A stretch of DNA of 34,853 nucleotides from Candidatus Asgardarchaeum abyssi (GTDB taxonomy: Archaea > Asgardarchaeota > Asgardarchaeia > Asgardarchaeales > Asgardarchaeaceae): the NCBI GenBank assembly GCA_040225955.1, contig JBECUL010000020.1:1-34853 (forward strand). Reading direction: 5' to 3'. The notes under the pieces were generated by a model that was given only the letters and a program-made list of their open reading frames with translations, was not told the origin of the DNA and made no database searches. The translations under genes and the position numbers were made by a program. This document shows, piece after piece, positions 9,168-18,225 of this stretch (the first letter of the stretch is position 1; every line of letters begins with the position of its first letter).

Positions 9168-10058
9168 TTGTCAACGAAAAAACAAAAAAAAGAGTCACCT
9201 AAAGAAAGTAAAGTAGAAGAGAAAGTTGCCACTGGAGTCTCAACAATGCTAGCTCTTCATAGATTTTTCGTTCTACTAGTGAGGCTTGATGATTTTATTT
9301 TAGGAATATCTTATGCTATACTTGCTATTGTTCTGCTAAATACTGGTAATGTCATTATCGTAGATCCTATATACAGAATTTATCTTGATTGGATTCTTAT
9401 AGCGGTTCTTTTGTTCCTGGGATTTATAATAACAAGTGGGATTTTAATTCGGGGTATCAGAGTCGAATTTAGAACCACAGTGCTTTTCCTATTATTAGTA
9501 GATGGCAGTTTAGCGACAATTGGATTTAGATATGACGTATTATTTGGAGTGCCAGAATTAAAAAACATAATGTTATCCGCAGCTACAATTTTACTTGTTG
9601 CTAGCATAGCTTTAGTACTATCAGTAGCAAGGCAAGTTATTACAATAACAAAATTAGCTAAGGAGTCTCAAGAGTTTATAAAGGCGCAGCAACGTCTTTT
9701 CCAAAGTTTAGAGAAAGCTGGAATCTCAGAGAGCGCTAAGAAAATGATAGTAAAATCCTTTTATGACACACAGTCTTACATGTCATTAGTGTTTGCCTCA
9801 GTTGCAGAGCCTTTAGGAGAGGATGAGATAAATAAACAAATGCTGGTTGCTCTCCTTATAGCAATAGTCTCTGCATTCATTCAATATCTCATATCACCAT
9901 ACGCAACTATTGATTATGCCTCAGCAATAGGTTATGAGATTGCAATATTATTTATTGCGTTAATAGCTGCGTGGTTCTGGACAAATAGAAAACTAAGTCA
10001 ACTTAAAGCATTTAAGACCCAAATTGATATAGCAAAAAAGGTAGCTGAAAGTCTCTAA
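9168..10058 (+). CDS. Polytopic membrane protein (~6 TM)
   Basis: Four hydrophobic segments, a charged helical loop, then two more; GTGAGG RBS before TTG. Confidence 0.8.
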   Translation: MSTKKQKKESPKESKVEEKVATGVSTMLALHRFFVLLVRLDDFILGISYAILAIVLLNTGNVIIVDPIYRIYLDWILIAVLLFLGFIITSGILIRGIRVEFRTTVLFLLLVDGSLATIGFRYDVLFGVPELKNIMLSAATILLVASIALVLSVARQVITITKLAKESQEFIKAQQRLFQSLEKAGISESAKKMIVKSFYDTQSYMSLVFASVAEPLGEDEINKQMLVALLIAIVSAFIQYLISPYATIDYASAIGYEIAILFIALIAAWFWTNRKLSQLKAFKTQIDIAKKVAESL

Positions 10059-10100
10059 ATATGAGCCTTTTATCCTACTATTTTTATTATTTTACCATCG

Positions 10101-11957
10101 GTGGTCTTCATGGGAAAGGTTTTGGCCTATATTGGGCGTGAAATATTAGAAGATGGTAAATTAGGGGATTGGGTTACTATAGATATAAATAAGCCACGTG
10201 TTGGTGTTATCGTTGGCAAACGTGGTAGCGGAAAGACATATTCAGCTGGTGTATTAATAGAGGAGATGCTCGAAAGAAATAAGAAGATGGCTTATATTGT
10301 AATTGATATAATGGGTGTTTATTGGTCCATTAAATATCCTAATAAAAGTGCGGGAGAGCTTAATAAAGAAGGTTTTGCTGGATTAGTAGAACCTAAGGGA
10401 TATAAAGATCAAGTACGAGTTCTTGTAGTAGAAGGAGACATAAATAAGTACGAACCTGGCACTTATGATGGCACAATCAGTATAACCCCCTCTATGGTAA
10501 GTTTTGATGTTTGGTTATTCGTTTTCGGGCTTGAACCTGATGCTCCGCAAGCAATGTTACTTAAAGCAATTCTTGAGAAGCTTGAAAAATCTGGAAAAAA
10601 CTATTCTATAGATGATATGATTGCAATTTTAGATTCGGGAGACCCACACATAAAGAGTTTTCAGAAGCAAACCATTCAAGGTCTTCGTTCAAAATTATTA
10701 TACGCTAAGAGTTGGGGTATTTTTTCTGATACTGGCATGACAATCGAAGACTTAGCTCTTCCCGGAGTGCTTACAGTTATTGATGTAAGCGAAAGCTCAA
10801 AGCCAGTTGCATCTCTTCTAGTAGGCCTTATAGCTGAAAAAATATATGAAACTCGTAAAGGTATTGCAAGGATAAAAAGCTGGGAGAAAATATCTGGTAA
10901 AAAGGCAAAGAAGAAGATACCCGTAATACCAAGAACATGGTTGATAATAGAGGAAGCTCATAATTTTCTACCATCCAGAAGTGCAACTAAAGCATCCGCT
11001 CCACTTGTAACCTATGTAAAAGAGGGCCGACATCCTGGATGTGGTTTGCTTCTAATCACTCAAGAGCCAGCAGCTTTGAACGTAAAAGTACTTAAACAAA
11101 TAGATTTTCTTCTAGCTCACAATTTATCACACAAAGATGATATTGATGCGATTATGGAGATAGCGCCGTCCCCATTACCACCAGATATTGGGGATATTTT
11201 AATTAGATTAAATAAAGGAGAAGCAGTTCTTAGTATGTTTGGGCAATCCTCTATAAAACGAGTAAGTATTCGTCCAAAGCATTCTATACATGTAGCTAGA
11301 GCTGATATAACTGAGGAGGTAATTCCTGAATCAGAAAGAATGGAAGCATTTTCTATATGGCAGGAGCTTGAGAGATTAAGGAAAGAAAACGAAGATCTTA
11401 AGGAAAAAATAATGGAGTATGAAAAGTTAATTAAGGAGAGCTCAACATCAGCCACTAGATTTCAAAAGGAAGTTGAGATGCTACGTGCTGTAATTGCTAA
11501 AAAGGAGGAAATAATTAAAAAGCTTGAAAATATGGCTCGTGCGAGAGAAGTAACTATTCCTGAAAAGAAGGTACCTAAAAAAGTAGAAACTTATTTACCC
11601 CCGCCAACTAAAGTAAAAGTGTCTTCACTAAAGAAGGAATTGCTAAACTCTATCGTAAAAGCAATAAACAGTACAATAAATAATGACTTTGATGATGTAG
11701 AACGGTTGATATTGCTTCAAACATTTAAAAAGAAATTTGTGAATTTAAATGACTTAATGGCACTACTTCCAGGTGCTAAAGTTATAGATGCTATTGATAA
11801 ATTACAAGAATTACAATTTATAAAAGTTAGAGGAAATAGTATAACTTTACATTTAGATGAGGTAATTAAGAATTTGAGTATTTTCCCATTAGAGGAAAAT
11901 GATATTCTCTATGTAAAGTCGAAACTGGCTGAGCTATTATTAACAAATAGTTTCTAA
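10101..11957 (+). CDS. HerA/FtsK/VirB4-like (DUF87) P-loop ATPase with coiled coil and C-terminal wHTH-like region
   Basis: Walker A GKRGSGKT, Walker B LIIEEAHNF, Arg finger KEGRHPG, LLITQEP. Likely start ATG 10110. Confidence 0.88.
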   Translation: MVFMGKVLAYIGREILEDGKLGDWVTIDINKPRVGVIVGKRGSGKTYSAGVLIEEMLERNKKMAYIVIDIMGVYWSIKYPNKSAGELNKEGFAGLVEPKGYKDQVRVLVVEGDINKYEPGTYDGTISITPSMVSFDVWLFVFGLEPDAPQAMLLKAILEKLEKSGKNYSIDDMIAILDSGDPHIKSFQKQTIQGLRSKLLYAKSWGIFSDTGMTIEDLALPGVLTVIDVSESSKPVASLLVGLIAEKIYETRKGIARIKSWEKISGKKAKKKIPVIPRTWLIIEEAHNFLPSRSATKASAPLVTYVKEGRHPGCGLLLITQEPAALNVKVLKQIDFLLAHNLSHKDDIDAIMEIAPSPLPPDIGDILIRLNKGEAVLSMFGQSSIKRVSIRPKHSIHVARADITEEVIPESERMEAFSIWQELERLRKENEDLKEKIMEYEKLIKESSTSATRFQKEVEMLRAVIAKKEEIIKKLENMARAREVTIPEKKVPKKVETYLPPPTKVKVSSLKKELLNSIVKAINSTINNDFDDVERLILLQTFKKKFVNLNDLMALLPGAKVIDAIDKLQELQFIKVRGNSITLHLDEVIKNLSIFPLEENDILYVKSKLAELLLTNSF

Positions 11958-11958
11958 T

Positions 11959-12441
11959 TTAATCTGGTAGCTCAAATTCTGTAGGTAATTCGACTATAGT
12001 GCGTCTATCCTTTGGGACATGATTCCAAATTTTTTTGTTTGAAATTATTCCACATCCTAAAAAATCGTTCTTATATTTAATTACAACAATTTTTTTCTCT
12101 TTTACTTCTTTATTCAATTGTAAACTCTCTCCACGTAGCCATTTTTCAGCAGATTCCTTATCTATTTCAAGAATATTATTCTTTATCTGATTAGCAAAAA
12201 CTTGAGTAGCATCAAACGATAACCTAAGAATATTCTTATCGATGTTTGCGAAGTAGAATCCTATAGAGTGAATTAATAATCCTTTAAAGTTTATTTGAGC
12301 AACTTTAGGAGGGCATATCCAAAACCTTCTTTTTCCAGAACTTAAAATAACATATGGAAAATCAGTAATCCCAAAATTTTCCTTAAGTTGCTTTAAAATC
12401 ATTTTCCTTGTCTTACTCGAAACTCTTTCAAATTTAGCCAA
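11959..12441 (-). CDS. PUA-domain partner of RNA m5C methyltransferase (RsmF C-terminal/NIP7-like)
   Basis: LRLSFD, KWLRGESL, FLGCG...NHVPKDRR; overlaps the NOL1/NOP2 gene by 8 nt. Confidence 0.75.
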   Translation of the reverse strand: MAKFERVSSKTRKMILKQLKENFGITDFPYVILSSGKRRFWICPPKVAQINFKGLLIHSIGFYFANIDKNILRLSFDATQVFANQIKNNILEIDKESAEKWLRGESLQLNKEVKEKKIVVIKYKNDFLGCGIISNKKIWNHVPKDRRTIVELPTEFELPD

Positions 12442-13396
12442 CTTTTTTCACCCTCGCTATATAAAATCCTTCTGTATCATTATCTTGGGGATATATTCTA
12501 AGTGTTTTCTTCAAATCTTCTGGAAATTCATATTTGTCCCACTCTGTTAATCCAGGTCTTGTTTTTAGATTCTCTATTTTTATGTCCAGAATCTTTGCAT
12601 TTTCTCTTTTTTCTAAAAGATATGTGACAACCATTTCGTCTTCTTCTGGATTTAATGTACATGTAGAGTATACCAACTCTCCACCATCAACTAGGCAATC
12701 AAAAGCAGATAATATAAGTTGTGATTGTAGTTTAGCAATTCCTTTTATGACCTTAGGGTTCCATTGCTCTGCAATATGCGGTTTTATTCGTATGGTTCCA
12801 TCTCCACTACATGGAGCATCAAGTAATACTTTATCAAACTTTTGTGGCAACCTTCCAAATCTCCTTCCATCCATGTTTGTAACTATTACGTTTATGACGC
12901 CACAACGTTGAAGATTTCCTCTCAGGGCTACAATTCTTTCCAAGTCGGTGTCATTAGCTATTATTATGCCTTGGTTTCTCATCATTGCTGCCATTTGTGT
13001 CGTTTTAGATCCTGGTGCAGCCGCCATATCTAATACTATTTCTCCTGGTTTTGGATTAAGAGCCAGTGGCGGTATCATACTTGCTGGGCCTTGCATGTAA
13101 AAATAACCAAGTCTATGTTCAATAGCATTTCCCAATTGATACTTTGGTTTATATACCCAGAATCCTAATTCGTACCACGGAAGAGGTTCTATGATCCAGC
13201 CTTTAGCAGTTAGTCTCTCCACAAGTTCTTTCTTTGATATTTTTATAGTGTTAACTCTAATTGTTGGTGTTAAAGGCTTGCGACTGTACTCTATGAAATT
13301 TTCAACTTCTGGTCCTAAGATAGCTCTATACCTTTCTATAAATGCCTTCTTAAATTTGATTTTCTGCAAATCCTCTTCGCTCAAAATAAACACCAT
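12434..13396 (-). CDS. NOL1/NOP2/Sun family RNA (cytosine-C5)-methyltransferase
   Basis: IRVNT, LDMAAAPGSKTT, LLDAPCSG, VYSTCT, TEGFYIA. Confidence 0.95.
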   Translation of the reverse strand: MVFILSEEDLQKIKFKKAFIERYRAILGPEVENFIEYSRKPLTPTIRVNTIKISKKELVERLTAKGWIIEPLPWYELGFWVYKPKYQLGNAIEHRLGYFYMQGPASMIPPLALNPKPGEIVLDMAAAPGSKTTQMAAMMRNQGIIIANDTDLERIVALRGNLQRCGVINVIVTNMDGRRFGRLPQKFDKVLLDAPCSGDGTIRIKPHIAEQWNPKVIKGIAKLQSQLILSAFDCLVDGGELVYSTCTLNPEEDEMVVTYLLEKRENAKILDIKIENLKTRPGLTEWDKYEFPEDLKKTLRIYPQDNDTEGFYIARVKKVG

Positions 13397-13417
13397 GCGC
13401 TCATACAGTTTTCATTA

Positions 13418-14023
13418 TTATCCATACACACTCTTGTATATTTTTTTATCAACTTTTATCTCCTTACCGCATTTGGAATCTTCGCACTTTAAGACAACAT
13501 ACTTATCATCTTCTCTAATTACTTTCTTTACAGGCTTTCCACAATAACACACAAAACCCTTTAACCTAGCTGGCACACCCATAACCAGACCAAATGGTGG
13601 GACATCTTTTGTCACAACGGCTCCTGCAGCAACCATCGAGTATTCCCCTAAAGTTATACCACATATTATAACAGCACCAGCGCCTATACTAGCACCTTTT
13701 TTCACATACGTTGGCACTATCTCCCAGTTGGTGCTAAATGCTCTAGGATATAAGTCATTTGTAAATGTTGCATGAGGTCCTACAAAGACGTCGTCTTCTA
13801 TTGTCACACCACGAAATACGGAAACCCTATTTTCAAGTTTAACATTATTTCCTATTACTACATTCGTATCAACATAAACATCCTTTCCAAGTACACAATT
13901 TTTCCCTATCTTTGCTCCTTTTCTTACATGGGCGTGATGCCAAATTTTAGTGCCTTCACCTATTTCAGTATCCTCTTCAACTATTGCCGTTGGGTGAACA
14001 AAATATTTTGCCACGTTTACCAC
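13418..14023 (-). CDS. Hexapeptide-repeat sugar N-acetyltransferase (WbpD/WlbB-like)
   Basis: VHPTAIV, IGEGTKIWH, FTNDLYPR, GASIGAGA, GVPAR; Cys-containing C-tail. Confidence 0.9.
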   Translation of the reverse strand: MVNVAKYFVHPTAIVEEDTEIGEGTKIWHHAHVRKGAKIGKNCVLGKDVYVDTNVVIGNNVKLENRVSVFRGVTIEDDVFVGPHATFTNDLYPRAFSTNWEIVPTYVKKGASIGAGAVIICGITLGEYSMVAAGAVVTKDVPPFGLVMGVPARLKGFVCYCGKPVKKVIREDDKYVVLKCEDSKCGKEIKVDKKIYKSVYG

Positions 14024-14076
14024 CCTTCACCGACTGAAAAATATTTTTTAACATTAATTAACCTTTTTTTATATAG

Positions 14077-14892
14077 GTGTTTGAAATGATTGTCGAAATA
14101 ATCATAATTGGTAATGAAATACTAACTGGCCATACTTTGGATACAAATAGCCAATATATTGCTAAAAAGATCACTGAGATGGGAGGACAAGTTCGTAGAA
14201 TAATAAAAGTTCCAGACGCGATTAATGAAATTGCTGATGCAGTAAAATATGCATTATCTCATGAACCTGATTTTATAATAACAACTGGTGGATTGGGTCC
14301 TACCTATGATGATAAAACCGCGCAAGCAATCGCAGTAGCCTTAAATGTGCCTCTTGTAAGAAATCAAAAAGCTTATGTTTTAATTAGAGATCGTTATCTT
14401 GACTTATACCAGAGTGGGCTTGTTGACTCTTATGATATGACTCCTCCACGTGAAAAAATGGCTGATCTTCCTGAAGGCGTTGAAGTGATTCCAAATAGAG
14501 TTGGTACAGCTCCTGGTTTTCATATAACTAAAGATAAAACAACAATTATTTGCCTTCCTGGAGTTCCTGATGAAATGAAAGATATGTTCGAAAGAGAAGT
14601 AATGAAGCTGTTAGAGTCAAAGGCAGAAGAACTTGTTTACAAAGAATACGATGTCGCAGTTGAAATAACTGATGAAACAAAACTAGCTCCTATTGTTAGG
14701 CAAGTGATGGATGAATTTCCAAGAGTTTATGTAAAGTCACATCCTACAGGTTATTCTAAAAAGGGAAAGATCGTAGTAACGATTTCAGTTCAAGCCCCTA
14801 CTGAAGAAGAAGCAGATAGTATACTCAAAAAGGCTGTTGAGAGACTTTTGGAATTAGTTTATAATCGACTATCTCTGGAGGATCTTACATGA
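14077..14892 (+). CDS. CinA N-terminal/COG1058 family protein (MocF-like ADP-ribose pyrophosphatase)
   Basis: IGNEILTG..LDTN, TTGGLGPTYDDKT, GTAPG, LPGVP.EM, YVKSHP. Confidence 0.9.
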   Translation: MFEMIVEIIIIGNEILTGHTLDTNSQYIAKKITEMGGQVRRIIKVPDAINEIADAVKYALSHEPDFIITTGGLGPTYDDKTAQAIAVALNVPLVRNQKAYVLIRDRYLDLYQSGLVDSYDMTPPREKMADLPEGVEVIPNRVGTAPGFHITKDKTTIICLPGVPDEMKDMFEREVMKLLESKAEELVYKEYDVAVEITDETKLAPIVRQVMDEFPRVYVKSHPTGYSKKGKIVVTISVQAPTEEEADSILKKAVERLLELVYNRLSLEDLT

Positions 14893-16397
14893 TTAATACT
14901 CGGATGATGCGTATATTAGAAGATAACGCGGAAGAGTTTGGTGTATCAAAAGAAATATTAATGGAAAATGCAGGGAATGCCGTTGCAGAATTTGTTAGAG
15001 AAAAATTTGACAAAAGAAAGGTTGTCGTTATTTGTGGAACTGGTAACAATGGCGGTGATGGATTTGTTACAGCTAGACACCTTGCTCATTATGGATTCAC
15101 GGTAAGTGTTATTCTGATAGGGCGATCCTCTCAAATTCGCACTCCAGAAGCCTCCAAGAATTTTCATATAATCCAGCAAATGATAAGTTCTATACCTATA
15201 TACGAACTAAAGAATTTAGATCAACTGGAGAAAGTAAAAAGAATAATAGAAGATTCTGAAATTATAATTGATGCTATGCTAGGAACCGGCTTGCGAGGTG
15301 AGCTTGCCGAACCGTTTCGATCGGTTGTAAATATGATTAATGGGTTAAATAAAATTGTAATAGCCGTCGATGTTCCTACTGGACTGAATCCAGATACTGG
15401 GGAAATCCACGGTGCTGCTATCAAAGCTGATTATACTATAACATTTCATGATATAAAGCCTGGTTTAACCAATAAAAAGGAATATACCGGGGAAGTGATT
15501 ATTGCTGGAATTGGGATTCCTCCAGAAGCTGAACTTTTCATCGGTAAGGGGGACCTAAAAGCCGCATATCCTCCAAGACCAAGTAATGCTCATAAGGGAG
15601 ATTTCGGACGGGTACTAGTAATTGGCGGTAGTAAACTATACTCTGGTGCGCCTACACTTGCATCTTTAGCTGCCTATAAAGCAGGAGTTGATTTAGTTTT
15701 TGTGATAACATCAAAAGAGATATCTTCGGTATTGAGATCATATTCACCGTCATTAATAGTCCGCGATTATGATGGTCCGTTCCTTAATGAGAAAGCAATG
15801 AAATTGATTGATGAACATATTAAGAGTATCGATGCTGTCTTATTAGGGCCTGGACTGGGTCTATCTGATGAAATAGAGCGTGTGATAAAGGATCTATTCT
15901 TAAAATTAAAAGAAAAGTCAATTCCAACAGTTATAGATGCTGATGGTTTAAAATATCTTGCAAAAATGAAAAATGAAATATTTCCGTGGAAAAACTTGAT
16001 AATAACTCCGCATCGAGGTGAAATGAGGTTATTTTTAAATGAAGGAGAAAAAATTCCAGATAACTTTAATGATCAAATAAGATTTATAAAAGAAAAGGCA
16101 AGAGAGTTCGGTATAACAATACTTTTAAAGAGCCCAATAGATATCATATCCGATGGGAACTCTGTTCGTGCAAATAGAACTGGTAACCCATCCATGACTG
16201 TTGGTGGAACCGGGGATGTTCTTGCTGGACTTACAGTAGGTTTACTTGCACGCGGGTTAAGCACAATAGATGCTGCTGGTGTTGCTGCATACATAAATGG
16301 AATTGCAGGCGATTTGGCTGTTAAAAAATACGGTCCAAACATAGTCTCAGAAAATCTTTTAGAATTCATACCGTGTGTAATAAAAGGAGAGTTCTAA
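14889..16397 (+). CDS. nnr: Bifunctional NAD(P)HX epimerase/dehydratase
   Basis: LMENAG, GTGNNGGDG, AVDVPTG, HKGDFG, GPGLG, VIDADGL, ITPHRGE, GGTGDVLAG; ATGA overlap with the upstream gene. Confidence 0.95.
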   Translation: MINTRMMRILEDNAEEFGVSKEILMENAGNAVAEFVREKFDKRKVVVICGTGNNGGDGFVTARHLAHYGFTVSVILIGRSSQIRTPEASKNFHIIQQMISSIPIYELKNLDQLEKVKRIIEDSEIIIDAMLGTGLRGELAEPFRSVVNMINGLNKIVIAVDVPTGLNPDTGEIHGAAIKADYTITFHDIKPGLTNKKEYTGEVIIAGIGIPPEAELFIGKGDLKAAYPPRPSNAHKGDFGRVLVIGGSKLYSGAPTLASLAAYKAGVDLVFVITSKEISSVLRSYSPSLIVRDYDGPFLNEKAMKLIDEHIKSIDAVLLGPGLGLSDEIERVIKDLFLKLKEKSIPTVIDADGLKYLAKMKNEIFPWKNLIITPHRGEMRLFLNEGEKIPDNFNDQIRFIKEKAREFGITILLKSPIDIISDGNSVRANRTGNPSMTVGGTGDVLAGLTVGLLARGLSTIDAAGVAAYINGIAGDLAVKKYGPNIVSENLLEFIPCVIKGEF

Positions 16398-16488
16398 TGT
16401 AATTAATCAGATTACTTTATTTTTTGTTCAAAAAATTTAAAAGAAAGCATTTCTGTTAATCCTTGTTCAGATCAGGAGAATATTAGCC

Positions 16489-16764
16489 ATGGAGAAGACA
16501 CGTATACGAATTGAGAAACAGGAAAATCGCAATGTAAAAGGTGGAAAATGGCGAATATTTATAAATAAGTCTTATTGTAAGGGCTGTGAGCTTTGTGTTT
16601 CATTTTGTCCAAGAAAGGTTCTTATAATGTCAGAAGATTATAATGAGCGAGGCACGCACTATCCAATACCTAAATACATAGAAAAGTGCATTGGTTGCCG
16701 GATGTGTGAGCTTTTATGCCCCGATTTTGCGATATATGTTGCTCCCGTTGAAAAGGAAGTCTAA
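16489..16764 (+). CDS. 2x[4Fe-4S] ferredoxin, 2-oxoacid:ferredoxin oxidoreductase delta subunit
   Basis: [12 protein letters not shown] and [16 protein letters not shown]; CAGGAG RBS. Confidence 0.9.
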   Translation: MEKTRIRIEKQENRNVKGGKWRIFINKSYCKGCELCVSFCPRKVLIMSEDYNERGTHYPIPKYIEKCIGCRMCELLCPDFAIYVAPVEKEV

Positions 16765-16815
16765 TAAGGTATATAGAAGTTAAGTTAATGAGTTGTATAA
16801 ATTAGGTGTAAAGGC

Positions 16816-17391
16816 ATGTATGAACGCATAGAGTTAAGATTTGGTGGAATCGGTGGTCAAGGAATAATCACGATGGGAATTCTTGTTGGACACGCCGCTG
16901 TCGTTTATGATGGAAAGTATGCTGTTCAAACCCAAAGTTATGGGCCTGAGGCTCGAGGAAGCGCATGTAGATCTGAAGTTGTTATCAGCAATAAACCAAT
17001 TGACTTTCCTAAAGTTTTAACTCCCGATATTTTTGTATGTATGTCGCAGGAGGCTTATCAGAAATACATTTCTGATTTAAAGAAAGATGGCTACCTCATT
17101 GTTGAGAGTAATCTTGTAAGTCATCTCAATAGTAGCCATCCAATAGCGAATACCTATAAAATTCCCGCATTAAAGATAGCTGAAAAAAATTTTAAGCGAC
17201 CAATAGTTGCAAATATGGTGATGTTAGGTGCTTTGGTAGCAATAACAAATGTTGTGAGCGCTGAGGGTTTAAAAAAATCTATCGCTGAGCGATTTCCTAA
17301 GTATAAAGAAATAAACTTAAGAGCTTTTGATACTGGGTATAGTTATGCTAGTAAAATTATTGGATCGGTTAATGAAGAAAAGAATAGATAG
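16816..17391 (+). CDS. 2-oxoacid:ferredoxin oxidoreductase gamma subunit (KorC-like)
   Basis: GIGGQGI, QSYGPEARG, SEVVIS, NMVMLGA, NLRAF. Confidence 0.93.
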   Translation: MYERIELRFGGIGGQGIITMGILVGHAAVVYDGKYAVQTQSYGPEARGSACRSEVVISNKPIDFPKVLTPDIFVCMSQEAYQKYISDLKKDGYLIVESNLVSHLNSSHPIANTYKIPALKIAEKNFKRPIVANMVMLGALVAITNVVSAEGLKKSIAERFPKYKEINLRAFDTGYSYASKIIGSVNEEKNR

Positions 17392-17433
17392 TAATATATA
17401 TCTAATTCTTCTCTACTTATCTGGTGAATATTT

Positions 17434-18225
17434 TTGAGAAAACAGGTATCAACTAAGCGTGCTTGGAAGTCTTTTTGGTCTGTTGTTAAAGAAGCTGATG
17501 TTGTTTTAGAAATACTGGACGCTCGTTTTCCAGATAGATTTAGATATAAGAATATTGAGGAAAAATTAAAACGAATGGGGAAAGCTATAATTCTTGTTAT
17601 AAATAAAGCAGATCTTATACCCAAAGAGGTTTTAAACGCTTGGAAAAGGATATTTTCGAAAGAATATCCTACAGTTTATCTTAGTGCGACCGAACGATTA
17701 GGAACAAGAATTTTAAGAAAAACTATACTTAGATATGCTCCCAGAATTCCCGCTAAAGTCGCGATTGTGGGATATCCTAATGTTGGTAAAAGTTCGATTA
17801 TTAATGTACTTAAAGGAAGACATAGTGCTGGAACAAGCCCAATTCCCGGATTCACGACATCTATTCAATTAATTCGTATAAGTTCAAAGATAATGATGAT
17901 AGACACTCCCGGTGTTTTTCCTAGTCTCGGAAAGGAAGAAGAACTCGCATTAAAAGGCGCATTAAGGCCTGAGAGTCTTGAAAACCCTTATTTTGCTGCA
18001 AAATACATATTTGAAACTATTTTGAATTGGAATCCGATGGCAATAAAAGAGACATATGATATTAATACTACCAACTTTGAAGAGTTTATAGAGGAGTTTG
18101 CTAGAAAACGAGGATTATTAAAAAAGAAAGGAGAATTAAACATTGATGAGGCATGTCGAATATTTATTCGTGATTGGCAGAAGGGGAAAATTATGGCATA
18201 TGAAAAACCAGATAATATTAGTTAA
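17434..18225 (+). CDS. Circularly permuted ribosome-biogenesis GTPase (RbgA/YlqF family)
   Basis: LDARFP, G4 NKAD before G1 GYPNVGKS and G3 DTPG; C-terminal RDWQKGK. Confidence 0.92.
   Translation: MRKQVSTKRAWKSFWSVVKEADVVLEILDARFPDRFRYKNIEEKLKRMGKAIILVINKADLIPKEVLNAWKRIFSKEYPTVYLSATERLGTRILRKTILRYAPRIPAKVAIVGYPNVGKSSIINVLKGRHSAGTSPIPGFTTSIQLIRISSKIMMIDTPGVFPSLGKEEELALKGALRPESLENPYFAAKYIFETILNWNPMAIKETYDINTTNFEEFIEEFARKRGLLKKKGELNIDEACRIFIRDWQKGKIMAYEKPDNIS

Noticed and set aside
11959-13396. Split RsmF (MTase + PUA) as a novelty or frameshift
   Set aside because: Both ORFs have proper starts with a short overlap, and separate PUA partners of NOP2-type MTases are ordinary in archaea and eukaryotes.
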